64,000 nt of DNA from PVC group bacterium (GCA_945870225.1 CAMBRF010000003.1:49074-113073), one strand, 5' to 3'; positions 1 to 9,884 are shown, counted from the first letter of the stretch. Notes: generated by a model not told the origin, from the letters alone. Numbers and translations: made by a program.

Positions 1-208
1 GCAAATACCAGAGTGGGTCCGACTTGTGAAGCGTCCCCCCGTAAACAACCTGATACGTTCCGGTACTGGGCTCCAGCATGGTCACGCGCACAAAGACATC
101 AGCGACCAGGGAAATAGGAAAGCACGCCAGTATAAGGATCAGGAGGGGATGGCGGAATAGCGTTGTCGCGTACGGCATCCGTCCGCGTTTGTCGTTGATT
201 CTATTCAT
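1..208 (-). CDS. Hypothetical exported protein, 5' part only (continues beyond window start)
   Basis: Manual translation from ATG 208: MNRINDKRGRMPYATTLFRHPLLILILACFPISLVADVFVRVTMLEP..., open to base 1; AGGA upstream; signal-peptide-like hydrophobic stretch. Confidence 0.6.
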   Translation of the reverse strand, partial: MNRINDKRGRMPYATTLFRHPLLILILACFPISLVADVFVRVTMLEPSTGTYQVVYGGTLHKSDPLWYL

Positions 209-340
209 GGTTATCGTCCTGTGCGAGCATCAACCATGGACTCGATAAAGGCGATGTCTTTGAGGTTGCAAAGCTTTTGTTCTTTGCGACTAACTCAAAA
301 GATAATCATTAGCTGGCGTCGAAAACATCGCCACCTGACC

Positions 341-2152
341 TTATTCCGCTTCCTCTTCAGAATCGTCTGCTGGCATGTCTCCCTGATGGGCACCGGCGTG
401 AGGACGCCGTGAGGACGAGGATCGTTGCGGCGTCAGAAGCGCTGGCAATATATTTCCGAGCATGGGCAGAACGGCTTTCAAGCCCTCTATTTCATCGAGC
501 ATAATGCGATCGGTTAAGAGCAAGTTGTCGCCGTTGATCGTAACATACCCGGCCATGCCGCCCGTCCTGTCGGGAATGGCGGCCAACTGGGCGGGATCCA
601 CGCCGGGCACAAGGGCCATCCCCTTCTTGGCAAGCTTCACCAGTGACACCGCATAAACGCAAGCCGGAGTCCCCTTCACCTGCGGGAACACCCTTGCGAA
701 CGAAGGGGCGCTTGTCACAGGAACGGCGTCCGATACGCTTAACCGGTCGATCGCGGCGTTCATGAGATCAGGATGGCCCAGCGCGTAGATCATATTGTTT
801 CCGACAAAGGCTGACTCCCATTTCATCCGGCTCATCAGATTGGAGACAGCCTGCAACGGCATGTTGGAGACGGCATTCACGGCATACGAGTACGACTGGA
901 TCTTAACGCCCCTAAAGGCCCGCTCGGAACCCATCCGAATCTCAATCCCCTGCGCCTTGGCAGCGGCAGTGGAGTTATAGTTCGACATCATCTTGTCGAT
1001 CGTCTGCTTCATCCTGACCGGATCGGTCACGGCCACGTATTCCACGACGCCAAGTTTTCCGTCTGCTCCGGAGACAACGGCTACCGCGATATCGCTGGCA
1101 TAAAGGCCCTTCATGTCCGTCATCATCTGGCGAAAAACCGAGCCCATGTCACCCCCCTGGGGCCCCATGGCGGCACCTATCTTGTCAATCATCGCCATGT
1201 ACGGTTCCCCGAACACAGCCATCGACTTGTCCAATCCGGACCCGACCCAGAAACACAGCGCATCGGGGGGCGGCAGGGCCATGTACCGTGCGGAGGGCGG
1301 GACATCCCCGGCAACCAGTTTCGAGATCACAGTACCATCCTTCGGATCGAGACGGCTGAGGATGTTAACCGATTCAGGGGTCACACTCAGCGAGAAGGAA
1401 TATCCATGGATATCGCCGATCAGCTTCATAAACAGGTCCATCTCGGCCTTGAGGATCTGCCCTGGATCCGGTTGCCCCGGGTTCACCGCGCCGACTTGGC
1501 CCATTCGGGCGCTGGCCAGTTCCGACATCGCCTGCACATACGGCGCCAATACCTGAACATCCACGCCACCGCGAAGGGTGCCCGTGAGTTTCATGAACAG
1601 CGCGGATTCCCCCTTCTGGCGCTCCACCAGGTCAACCGTACCCCGAACAGCCTCCAGATTGCTGCCCGCAATGATCCTGTCGGCTCCGAATCCCACGAAC
1701 ATCTTGCGTTCGCGCCCCCCGTGCCCCGTCCGCCCCGAGCTGAACTCGTAAAGCGAACCGACCATGTTGGTAGCGGGAAACGTCCGGGTCATCGCCGCAA
1801 GGCAATCCATTTTGTTGCTCAAGGCTGAAAACACAAAGGCGACCCCGGGTCCCTCAACCGGTCCGGCGACCGTATTGGATCGGACGCTCTCCACCGGGGG
1901 CAGAAAAATATACAAGTCGATCGGCCTGGTCATATCCACACCGGCCAGTGCGGGATTGCCGAGCATGGCGCCAAACCCGGTGGTCAGCATCATTTTGGCG
2001 TTTGATTCAGGCAAGGCCTTCAGCATGACCATTTCACTGGCCATCTGGTCCAGACTCGCGATCTGGATGGTGGCCACCGGTTTCCCGGCCCCGAGCGCCA
2101 GACTGCACAAGCCCACCACCGCCGCCATCAATCCACCTGTTGTTTTATTCAT
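341..2152 (-). CDS. Secreted hypothetical protein (603 aa)
   Basis: Long ORF with N-terminal signal peptide (MNKTTGGLMAAVVGLCSLALGA); AAGGA upstream; no catalytic motif recognised. Confidence 0.8.
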   Translation of the reverse strand: MNKTTGGLMAAVVGLCSLALGAGKPVATIQIASLDQMASEMVMLKALPESNAKMMLTTGFGAMLGNPALAGVDMTRPIDLYIFLPPVESVRSNTVAGPVEGPGVAFVFSALSNKMDCLAAMTRTFPATNMVGSLYEFSSGRTGHGGRERKMFVGFGADRIIAGSNLEAVRGTVDLVERQKGESALFMKLTGTLRGGVDVQVLAPYVQAMSELASARMGQVGAVNPGQPDPGQILKAEMDLFMKLIGDIHGYSFSLSVTPESVNILSRLDPKDGTVISKLVAGDVPPSARYMALPPPDALCFWVGSGLDKSMAVFGEPYMAMIDKIGAAMGPQGGDMGSVFRQMMTDMKGLYASDIAVAVVSGADGKLGVVEYVAVTDPVRMKQTIDKMMSNYNSTAAAKAQGIEIRMGSERAFRGVKIQSYSYAVNAVSNMPLQAVSNLMSRMKWESAFVGNNMIYALGHPDLMNAAIDRLSVSDAVPVTSAPSFARVFPQVKGTPACVYAVSLVKLAKKGMALVPGVDPAQLAAIPDRTGGMAGYVTINGDNLLLTDRIMLDEIEGLKAVLPMLGNILPALLTPQRSSSSRRPHAGAHQGDMPADDSEEEAE

Positions 2153-2185
2153 GTTTTTCGTTTCCTTTACAGCTCCGGATCGCCT

Positions 2186-3601
2186 CTATTTCACCATCGC
2201 CCGCATGACAAAGTATCCCATGAGGGCCACCGCAATCACGTACATGGCCGGCGAGACTTCCCGCCCGCGACCGGCAAGCAGCTTGATGAACGGGTACGCC
2301 AGAAAGCCCAACGCCAGGCCATCCGAGATGGAATAGCACAGGGGAATTCCTATCATAATAAGAAAGGCCGGCGCCAGCTCACTGAAATCGCTCCAGTCGA
2401 TCTTGCTCACATTGCGGACCATCATGGCTCCCACCACGACCAGCGCCGGCGAGGTGATCGGACTGTAACTACCCACCATCGCGATCAGCGGCGCAAAGAA
2501 AAGCGCCAGCAGAAAACAGCCCGAAGTCGTAAGCGCCGTGAGACCGGTCCGCCCGCCAGCCTCCACGCCAGCCGCACTCTCGATAAAGCTTGTTACCGTG
2601 CTCGTCCCGAACACCGCCCCCACCAGCGTCCCCGTCTGGTCCGCCAGCATCGCCTGCCGGGCGCGCGGCAGCTTGTTGTCCTTGATGAACCCTGCCTGCT
2701 CTCCCACCCCAACCAGCGTACCCACCGTGTCGAAAACATCCATAAACAGGAAGACCAGGATGAACGGCCACATGACGACGTGGGCGGCATGCACGAGGTC
2801 CATCTGGAATAACGTGGGCCCCAGTGACGGAGGCAGGGAGACAATCTCGCCGGACAAGGCAAACCTCGTCATCAACTTCGACTCCGCCACCACCCCGATA
2901 CCCGCCAAGGCCGGCACATGGGGCAGCACGAGGCGCGCGAGTACGGCCAGCAGGGTCGTCGCCAGCATCCCCCACAGAATGGCCCCCCGCACATGGCGCG
3001 CCAGCAGGGCCAGCGTGATGATCAGCCCCACTCCGAATAGAACGATGTCTGGCGAGGCGAATTGCGTGTTCAGGGTAACCAGCGTGCCGGGCGATTTGAC
3101 GATGAAGCCAGCGTTCTGAAGGCCGATAAAGGCGATAAAAATCCCAATGCCCGCCGCAATGCCGTTCTTGAGACTGGGGCTGAGCGCATCAAAGATCTTT
3201 TCACGAATGCCCAGGGCGTAGAGGATAAAGAACAGGACCCCGGAGATGAACACCACGCCCAGCGCCACGCGCCACGGCTGGGGGAACCCGGCAGCAGTGG
3301 CGGCCCCGATCACCGTGAAAACAAAAAAGAAATTCTCACCCATGCCGGGCGCCAGCGCGATGGGGTACCGGGCATAAAGACCCATGACCGCCGTGGCCAG
3401 CGCAGCCGAGAGGCAGGTGGCGACCGTCACCGCCCCGATATCCATGCCGGTTGACATCCCAAACATCTGGCCCGACAGCACGGCCGGTTGCACGAAAATG
3501 ATGTAGGCCATGGTCAGGAAAGTGGTGATTCCCGCCAACACCTCAATCCGTACGGTCGTCCCATTCTCGCGCAGCCTGAAATACCGGTTCATCCAACCCA
3601 T
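2186..3601 (-). CDS. NCS2/AzgA-family purine (adenine/guanine/hypoxanthine) permease
   Basis: Motifs EVLAGITTFLTMAYIIFV, APGMGEN, FDTVGTL, IESAAGVEAGGRTGLT; multi-TM; start set at ATG 3601 after GAGGAGG. Confidence 0.93.
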   Translation of the reverse strand: MGWMNRYFRLRENGTTVRIEVLAGITTFLTMAYIIFVQPAVLSGQMFGMSTGMDIGAVTVATCLSAALATAVMGLYARYPIALAPGMGENFFFVFTVIGAATAAGFPQPWRVALGVVFISGVLFFILYALGIREKIFDALSPSLKNGIAAGIGIFIAFIGLQNAGFIVKSPGTLVTLNTQFASPDIVLFGVGLIITLALLARHVRGAILWGMLATTLLAVLARLVLPHVPALAGIGVVAESKLMTRFALSGEIVSLPPSLGPTLFQMDLVHAAHVVMWPFILVFLFMDVFDTVGTLVGVGEQAGFIKDNKLPRARQAMLADQTGTLVGAVFGTSTVTSFIESAAGVEAGGRTGLTALTTSGCFLLALFFAPLIAMVGSYSPITSPALVVVGAMMVRNVSKIDWSDFSELAPAFLIMIGIPLCYSISDGLALGFLAYPFIKLLAGRGREVSPAMYVIAVALMGYFVMRAMVK

Positions 3602-3644
3602 CAAAAACCTCCTCATTACTCTTGATTACAGCATGCCGCAGCGG

Positions 3645-4391
3645 TTAGCCCTGCGGCGTATCGACTTCAAAGTCACAGATCAGCGGCAGGTGATCGGAAT
3701 GGAGCACCTTGGGCATCTCAAACCGGGTAATGCGAATCCCTGGACTGTATAGAATCAGATCCAACTCGGCCTTCGGGGCCCAACTGGGATAGGTAGGCCA
3801 ATCGTCAACGTTGGCACTCTTCAGTCCTGTGGCGGCGAGGAACAATTCCATCTCAGGATCACCCCAGAAGACATTGAAGTCGCCGGCAATCAAATACGGT
3901 TTCTTCACGTCCTTGACCAATGTGTAGAGATCACTCAACTGGCGCTGCCGATGCCGGAACTTGATGGAAAGGTGCACCAGGAAAACGGTCACCTTCTCAA
4001 GATCAAGCTGAATGACCAGTCGTTTCACGCCGTGGTCGAAATACAGGAATTTCTCCTGCTGCACCACATCGCTGGTCAGGAACGCATTCATCTGTTTGTT
4101 CACCACCGGCAGGAACCGTACCCAGGATTTGTCCCCATACTTGGATTCGAAGGTATGGTAGTGCCCCAATGCCCCGGCGATGTACCCGGCCTGATTGACG
4201 CAACCGGAACGAAACGATCCCCCATCCACCTCAACCAGGCCCACGACATCGGGATTAACCGACCGGACAAATTCCGTTACCTCGGCCAGCACGCGATGGG
4301 TGCTTTTAAGATAGCCGCTGCACGGGAACGGAAAATGAAACCGTCGCCCGATCCCGGTACAGTAACGCACGTTGTAAAGGAGGAACCTCAT
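3645..4391 (-). CDS. Endonuclease/exonuclease/phosphatase (EEP) family protein
   Basis: YNV, DVVGLVEVD, LVHL, IAGDFN, LDLIL, SDHLP motifs. Confidence 0.9.
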   Translation of the reverse strand: MRFLLYNVRYCTGIGRRFHFPFPCSGYLKSTHRVLAEVTEFVRSVNPDVVGLVEVDGGSFRSGCVNQAGYIAGALGHYHTFESKYGDKSWVRFLPVVNKQMNAFLTSDVVQQEKFLYFDHGVKRLVIQLDLEKVTVFLVHLSIKFRHRQRQLSDLYTLVKDVKKPYLIAGDFNVFWGDPEMELFLAATGLKSANVDDWPTYPSWAPKAELDLILYSPGIRITRFEMPKVLHSDHLPLICDFEVDTPQG

Positions 4392-4400
4392 ACAGGCTCA

Positions 4401-4429
4401 GTTATAAGCCAAATTCACGCCCTGAACAA
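4401..4429 (-). promoter_or_regulatory. Putative sigma70 promoter for EEP-NCS2 unit
   Basis: TTGTTC-N17-TATAAC, 9 nt before the EEP ATG. Confidence 0.45.
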
Positions 4430-4520
4430 TCCGCAATAACGAGTCGACCCTTTCTGCTCGATATCTTTGGGCTGATCGGCTAAGAACGCTCAGTATTCTA
4501 TTTATAGGAGTCCTCTCCCC

Positions 4521-5237
4521 ATGAAACCTGAGATTATTGTGGCCCTCGATGTTCCCAACGCAGCGGCTGTTCCGCTGTTGCTTCAGAAACTTCCCTCCGA
4601 CCTCACCTGGTTCAAGATCGGGCTGGAACTCTTCGCGGCGGAAGGACCGGACATCGTCAGACTGCTCGCCGGACAGGGTAAGCGCATCTTTCTGGACCTC
4701 AAGTTCCATGATATTCCGCGAACGGTGGCTAACGCCGTGACCTCCGCCGGCAAACTGGGGGTCAGCCTGATGACCGTGCATGCCATCGGTGGACGCACCA
4801 TGCTTCAGGCCGCGGCGGAAGCGGCCCAGGCCCTGGGCCCGAACCGGCCGCGTCTTGTTGCCGTCACAACCCTGACCAGCCTGAACCAGGATGATTTTGG
4901 CGACCTGGGAATCCAACGGACCGTGTCCGAACAGGCGCTGGCATTAACCCAGCTCGCTCTGGACTGCAAGATCGATGGCGTGGTCACCTCGGTTCATGAG
5001 ACGGTCGCCCTCCGGCGGAAGTTTGGATCGACCCCCCTTCTGGTCACTCCCGGCATTCGCCCGGCAGGTGCCGATGTCGGGGACCAGAAGCGTGTTGCCA
5101 CGCCCGCGCTTGCCGTGGAGTCCGGTGCCAGTTATCTCGTTATCGGCCGCCCGATCGTGGAGGCCGCTGATCCCCTGGCCGCCACCCGCGCCATTCAGGC
5201 TGAGATTGATCAAGCGTTTGCCCGACGGGCCCCATGA
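4521..5237 (+). CDS. pyrF: Orotidine-5'-phosphate decarboxylase
   Basis: IVALD, FKIG, FLDLKFHDIPRTV, VTPGIR, DQKR, VIGRPI motifs; AGGAG RBS. Confidence 0.97.
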   Translation: MKPEIIVALDVPNAAAVPLLLQKLPSDLTWFKIGLELFAAEGPDIVRLLAGQGKRIFLDLKFHDIPRTVANAVTSAGKLGVSLMTVHAIGGRTMLQAAAEAAQALGPNRPRLVAVTTLTSLNQDDFGDLGIQRTVSEQALALTQLALDCKIDGVVTSVHETVALRRKFGSTPLLVTPGIRPAGADVGDQKRVATPALAVESGASYLVIGRPIVEAADPLAATRAIQAEIDQAFARRAP

Positions 5238-5974
5238 TCGGATACACCCGGGCGAGTCTCATCGTCACGCTTTTGGCTGCCTGGCTGAGCCAGACGGCAC
5301 TTTCGTCTGAGCCCCCGGACACACCTGCCCTCACGAACGTCCTGTTTGTGGCGTTCGATACCGAAACCACCGGACTAAAGGCGGCCGACGGGCGCATTCT
5401 GGAGATCGGCGCCGTGAAATTCCGGAACGGCCACATCGTGGGCCGGAAATCCTGGCTGATCAATCCAGGCATCCCGATCCCTAGGGAATCCCAACGCATC
5501 AACGGGATCACTCCGGCCATGGTCTCAAATTGCCCGCCGTTCACCGTTGCCTTCCGGGAATTCGTTGCCTTCTCGGAAGGGGCAGTTCTACTGGCCCACA
5601 ATGCCCCTTTTGACCGCCGGTTTATCGTCGCGGAACTGGCACGTAACGGGTTAACGCCGCCGGAAAATCCGCTGATCGATACCCTGCCCCTCTACCGGAC
5701 CTGGTTCCCGGGGCAGCGCCACTACTCATTGGAAGCCCTGACGCATAACCTTCTACCCGACATGGCCACGGCCGCCCAAGGGAGGGACGCCGGAACGAAC
5801 GATCGAACGATTCGACTCCACTCGGCCTTGGGGGATTCGGAGTGTACCGCCGCCCTGTTCATGAAGGGATGGGTAGGACTGCGGGAGGGCACCACCCTGG
5901 CGGAGTTCACCAACGCCATGCCTAAAGTCCTCTCCCTTAAAAGCAGCCCGTCCGCCCGAGTCCGGGGAAAATAA
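5234..5974 (+). CDS. DEDDh 3'-5' exonuclease (DnaQ-like) with apparent signal peptide
   Basis: ExoI FDTETTG, ExoII AHNAPFD, ExoIII HSALGD; ATGA overlap with pyrF. Confidence 0.88.
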   Translation: MIGYTRASLIVTLLAAWLSQTALSSEPPDTPALTNVLFVAFDTETTGLKAADGRILEIGAVKFRNGHIVGRKSWLINPGIPIPRESQRINGITPAMVSNCPPFTVAFREFVAFSEGAVLLAHNAPFDRRFIVAELARNGLTPPENPLIDTLPLYRTWFPGQRHYSLEALTHNLLPDMATAAQGRDAGTNDRTIRLHSALGDSECTAALFMKGWVGLREGTTLAEFTNAMPKVLSLKSSPSARVRGK

Positions 5975-5990
5975 TGGCAGACAATCCGGT

Positions 5991-6806
5991 TCAGCCGTCC
6001 GTCTCGTCGCTGGACTCTCCGGTTTTTGAACCGACGTAGCGACACAGACCGCGATCCGCCCGTTCCGTAAAGGCCGCAAACTCCGCAGCCGGCCCGGTGG
6101 TATAAGTCGCTTTCAGTTTCTGCACCGCCTGAGCGACATTGAGCCCCGACACATAGAGTATCTTGAACGCGGTTTTGATCTGCTTGCGCTCCTCCGGGGT
6201 CATCCCCGCACGGCGGGTTCCCACGATGTTCAAACCCTGCACCGTGTTGCGGCCCATACTCTGCACCATGCTGAACGGAGGCACATCCTTGGACAACCCC
6301 GCCCCCCCGCCCACCATGGCCAGCCGCCCGATTTTGACAAACTGGTGAACCAAAACGTTGCCGCTGACGAACGCCGCGTCGCCGATCTCCACGTACCCGC
6401 CCAGCATCGCGCCATTGGCGATGATCACCCGGTTACCGACCTTGCAGTTATGGGCAATATGAACGTTTGCCATGAAAAAGCAGTTGTCCCCCACCTCCGT
6501 CACAGTCCCCGGTTTGGTTCCGCGATGAATGGTGACGAACTCCCGGATGGTGCTTTTTTTGCCGATCTTCACAAACGACGGCTCGCCCGAAAAACCAAGA
6601 TCCTGAGGCAGCCCCCCCAACACCGCGCCATCATGCACGCGCACCCCTTCGCCAATCGTGGTATGCCGCAGGATGGAAACATGGGGCCCGATCACCCCGT
6701 TATCCCCGATCTGCACGGACTCATCGATAAACGCAAACGGACCGATACTGACATTCTTGCCGATGACGGCTTTCGGATCGATCACGGCTGTAGGATGGAT
6801 ACTCAT
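5991..6806 (-). CDS. lpxA: Acyl-ACP--UDP-N-acetylglucosamine O-acyltransferase
   Basis: IHPTAVID start, hexapeptide repeats, PQDL, REFVTIHRGT, HIAHNC, VHQF, GLNIVG. Confidence 0.93.
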   Translation of the reverse strand: MSIHPTAVIDPKAVIGKNVSIGPFAFIDESVQIGDNGVIGPHVSILRHTTIGEGVRVHDGAVLGGLPQDLGFSGEPSFVKIGKKSTIREFVTIHRGTKPGTVTEVGDNCFFMANVHIAHNCKVGNRVIIANGAMLGGYVEIGDAAFVSGNVLVHQFVKIGRLAMVGGGAGLSKDVPPFSMVQSMGRNTVQGLNIVGTRRAGMTPEERKQIKTAFKILYVSGLNVAQAVQKLKATYTTGPAAEFAAFTERADRGLCRYVGSKTGESSDETDG

Positions 6807-6817
6807 CTTTTTGTTCC

Positions 6818-7594
6818 TTAGTTCTCGAATTCCACCAGACCGGCTTCACGCATGCTCAGGAAATCCCGGGGGCGATCCTCTGTCCGACGCCCCAGAATGA
6901 CATGATCCAACACTTTGATTCCGATCACCTGCCCCGCCTGAATCAGTTGCCGCGTAATCCGCACATCATCCGCCGACGGGGCGGGGTCGCCAGAGGGATG
7001 ATTATGCACGAGAATCAAAGCGGCGCAACCGCTTTGAATCGCCGGTTTGAAAACTTCACGGGGATGAACCAGGCTGCTGTCCAGAATCCCCTTCGAGACC
7101 TCCGTCGCGGTCCCCTTCAGACGGTTGCGCGTATCGAGCATCAACGCCCAGAAGCGTTCATGCTCCAAGGTTTTGGCCAATTCGCGGAGCACCCCGGCGG
7201 CATCCTCCGGTGACCGAACAAACGACCCGCGCTCATCCGTCTTCTCTTCGGCAATGCGGCGGGCCAATTCCAGGGCGGCGCGCAGGGTTTGCGCCTTAAC
7301 CTTGCCCAAGCCCTTAAGCGTCCGGTCGCCGGAAAGTTCCTCCACCGTTGTCCGAGCCAAAGCGGTCAGCGACCCATACCGGACCAGGATCCTTTCCGCC
7401 AGATCCATAACGTTCAGCCCCTTTGAGCCGCTCCGCAACAGAATCGCCAGCAGGAAGGCATCGGAAATATGCTCCACGCCCTGCCGCTCCATGGCCTCGC
7501 GTGGACGTAGCCTGACGGGCATATCGCAAATACGATAGCGCAAACCGGTTTCCGAACACTCTTCCTCTGTCTTGGAATAGTTTATCGTGCTCAT
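6818..7594 (-). CDS. radC: RadC-family protein (HhH + JAB domain)
   Basis: RPRE, LLAILLRSG, KGLGKVKA, VHPREVF, HNHPSGDP.PS..D, LDHVI. Confidence 0.93.
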   Translation of the reverse strand: MSTINYSKTEEECSETGLRYRICDMPVRLRPREAMERQGVEHISDAFLLAILLRSGSKGLNVMDLAERILVRYGSLTALARTTVEELSGDRTLKGLGKVKAQTLRAALELARRIAEEKTDERGSFVRSPEDAAGVLRELAKTLEHERFWALMLDTRNRLKGTATEVSKGILDSSLVHPREVFKPAIQSGCAALILVHNHPSGDPAPSADDVRITRQLIQAGQVIGIKVLDHVILGRRTEDRPRDFLSMREAGLVEFEN

Positions 7595-7595
7595 A

Positions 7596-8558
7596 TCAGA
7601 CCGCCACCGGTGTGGTGCCGAGTTCCCTCCATGCGGCCATCACCCGGCCCGCCACCTCTTCGACAGGTTGGGCGGGCATCACCTCAACCCATTTCACCGT
7701 CACCTGATGACGAAACCACGTCATCTGCCGTTTGGCCAACCGTTGGGTGCGCTGAACCGTCATTCCTATGGCCTTTTCGCGCGTCATCTGCCCTTCGAGA
7801 CAAGCGGCCGCCTCAGCGTACCCCACAGCCTGCCGGGCGGTGGGTGACGCGCCGAATCCTTCGTCCACCAGACGCCGGGTCTCCTCCAAAAGGCCTTGCG
7901 CGTACATGGTCTCCACCCGTGCGGCAATCCGCGCACGGAGCGTCTCGCGGGGCATGGCAAGGCCGACCAGACCCGGAACGCCATCCACACCGCGCCATGT
8001 CTCGGGCGGTCGTACCCAGCCGGCCTCGATCAGTTCCAAGGCGCGAATCAGCCGCCGGGCATTCGCCGGGTCCGGTAACGCGGCGTACCAGGCTGGATTC
8101 CGGCTCTGCAACTCCCGCTGCAAACCCTCCACTCCGAGCTCCTCCAAAACCGCCCGCCGCCGAATCCGTGCCGGCTCATCCGACGTAGGGACATCGGCCA
8201 GTCCCTCGGTGAGGGCCTTGATATAAAGACCTGTTCCGCCCACGACGATGACCTTCACCCCGTGGGTCTGCGCCGACTCGAAACAGGACCGGGCGACCTC
8301 GAGGAATCGCGCAACATTGAACGGCTCGCCCGCTGGCACCAGGTCAACCCCCCAATACCGGACCCGCCGGCGTTCCGCGGACGAGGGCTTGGCGGTCCCG
8401 ATATCCATGCCGCGATAGACCAGCATTGAATCAGCGGAAAGAATCTCGGAACCGTCCTGTTCGGCAATCCACTGGGCAACTGCGGATTTTCCCACAGCGG
8501 TGGGGCCGACCAGAAAACGGGCGGCATGAAGGTTTAACCCGGGCTCGCGAGTCGGCAC
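7596..8558 (-). CDS. miaA: tRNA dimethylallyltransferase
   Basis: GPTAVGKS, DSMLVYRGMDIGTAKP, VGGTGLY, AKRQMTWF. Confidence 0.97.
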   Translation of the reverse strand: MPTREPGLNLHAARFLVGPTAVGKSAVAQWIAEQDGSEILSADSMLVYRGMDIGTAKPSSAERRRVRYWGVDLVPAGEPFNVARFLEVARSCFESAQTHGVKVIVVGGTGLYIKALTEGLADVPTSDEPARIRRRAVLEELGVEGLQRELQSRNPAWYAALPDPANARRLIRALELIEAGWVRPPETWRGVDGVPGLVGLAMPRETLRARIAARVETMYAQGLLEETRRLVDEGFGASPTARQAVGYAEAAACLEGQMTREKAIGMTVQRTQRLAKRQMTWFRHQVTVKWVEVMPAQPVEEVAGRVMAAWRELGTTPVAV

Positions 8559-8561
8559 GAC

Positions 8562-9059
8562 TCACCCCTCCCCGGGCGTCATCGTCCGGTCAGGCCGAAT
8601 CTCCCGCAAAGGGTGCGACGGGACCAGGAACGAGGACAGCACATACAGCCCCACCCCGACGCAGATGGCGGCATCCGCCACATTGAAGGCGGGGAAATGG
8701 TGCAGGCCCCAATGGAAGTCCAGGAAATCGACGACATACTCGAGGCGTACACGGTCCATCAGATTCCCGACGATCCCCCCGATCATCAGCCCGAGCGCCA
8801 ACCGGTGGATCAGGACATCACTTAAAAAAGACCGCCTGAAAATGATCAGACCCAGGAGAATCATCACGGAAAAACACACCAGCCAGCCGTTCAAACCGCT
8901 GAGCATTCCCCACGCGGCACCTGTATTACGGACATACGCCAAGTTGAAGAGACCGGGAAGGACCGGAATGGACTCACCGGGGTAGAATCTAAGACAGACC
9001 TGGTACTTGGTGACCTGGTCCAATAGTACGATCGCAAAGCTAAGCAAAAGCACCAGCAT
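8562..9059 (-). CDS. lspA: Lipoprotein signal peptidase II
   Basis: DQVTK, NTGAAWG, GNLMDR, VVDF, FNVAD. Confidence 0.97.
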   Translation of the reverse strand: MLVLLLSFAIVLLDQVTKYQVCLRFYPGESIPVLPGLFNLAYVRNTGAAWGMLSGLNGWLVCFSVMILLGLIIFRRSFLSDVLIHRLALGLMIGGIVGNLMDRVRLEYVVDFLDFHWGLHHFPAFNVADAAICVGVGLYVLSSFLVPSHPLREIRPDRTMTPGEG

Positions 9060-9128
9060 GGGTCGAGCCCGTCCGCCGTCGGAATTTATTGCGTCCCGCC
9101 TTCCTGATCGGACAAGCGCGACCGCCCC

Positions 9129-9824
9129 TTACTCCGCTTCTTCCGTCTCCGCGACTTCCGGTGCCTGCTCCACGCCCTGGGCCAATGTCTCGCCGAAGGG
9201 ACGAAAACGGGACCGTCCTTTTTCAGCCTCCGACTGACACTTCATGCACATGCGTGCAAACGGCAACGCATTCACGCGGGCCTTCTCAACCGCGCAGCCA
9301 CAGGCGTCGCAGAGGCCGTAAACGCCCTCTTCAATGCGACGAAGCGCAGCATCGATTTCGAAAATCGCATCGTGCTCGCTGCTCACCAGATTCAGCGCGA
9401 ACTCCCGGTCAAAATCATCCGTCCGGTCTTCGGAGGATCCATCATCCTTATACTTCAGCGAATCGTCCGAAAGCGTGGAGATCTGCCCGGTCAACCGGTC
9501 CCGCATCTTGATCAGCATAACCTTGATCTGTCCAAGGCTTTTCGCGTCGAACGGGCTTTTCACCTTGGGCTTTGGAGCCACGACCGGAGGGGAAACCGCT
9601 ACCGGCTTTTTGGCGGCGGCCTTGGCCGTCTTCTTGACGGAAGCCGCAACCGGCTTTAGGGCGGCGGCTTTGGCGGGCGGCACTTTGGCCTTTTTCGGCG
9701 CGGGTTTGGCGGACGGCACCTTGGCCTTTTTCGGCGCGGGTTTGGTCGCCCCGCCGGCCGGCTTGCCCGTCGTCGCTGAAGTCGGTTTCTTTGCGGCTGA
9801 TTTCTTCACCGTTTTGCTTGCCAT
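9129..9824 (-). CDS. dksA: DksA/TraR C4 zinc-finger protein with Lys/Ala/Pro-rich N-terminal extension
   Basis: Acidic coiled-coil tip (EDRTDDFDRE), IDAALRRIEEGVYGLCDAC...LPFARMCMKC. Confidence 0.85.
   Translation of the reverse strand: MASKTVKKSAAKKPTSATTGKPAGGATKPAPKKAKVPSAKPAPKKAKVPPAKAAALKPVAASVKKTAKAAAKKPVAVSPPVVAPKPKVKSPFDAKSLGQIKVMLIKMRDRLTGQISTLSDDSLKYKDDGSSEDRTDDFDREFALNLVSSEHDAIFEIDAALRRIEEGVYGLCDACGCAVEKARVNALPFARMCMKCQSEAEKGRSRFRPFGETLAQGVEQAPEVAETEEAE
9669..9745. repeat. In-frame 36-bp tandem duplication within dksA N-terminal extension
   Basis: Units 9669-9704 and 9705-9740 match at 34/36 nt; encode PAPKKAKVPSAK / PAPKKAKVPPAK. Confidence 0.9.
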
Positions 9825-9884
9825 AAGTCACTCCCACCCTTCACAGCCTGTTAAAGGCATAACTTCCCAAGAAAAAAGCAGGCC

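Noticed and set aside
6818-7594. radC as a marker of a mobile element
   Set aside because: Full-length chromosomal type inside the miaA-lpxA gene run; no integrase, transposase or att sites nearby.
9061-9123. Imperfect hairpin GGTCG..GTCCG / CGGAC..CGACC between dksA and lspA
   Set aside because: Short GC-rich stems with a large loop and no U-tract; not distinguishable from chance.
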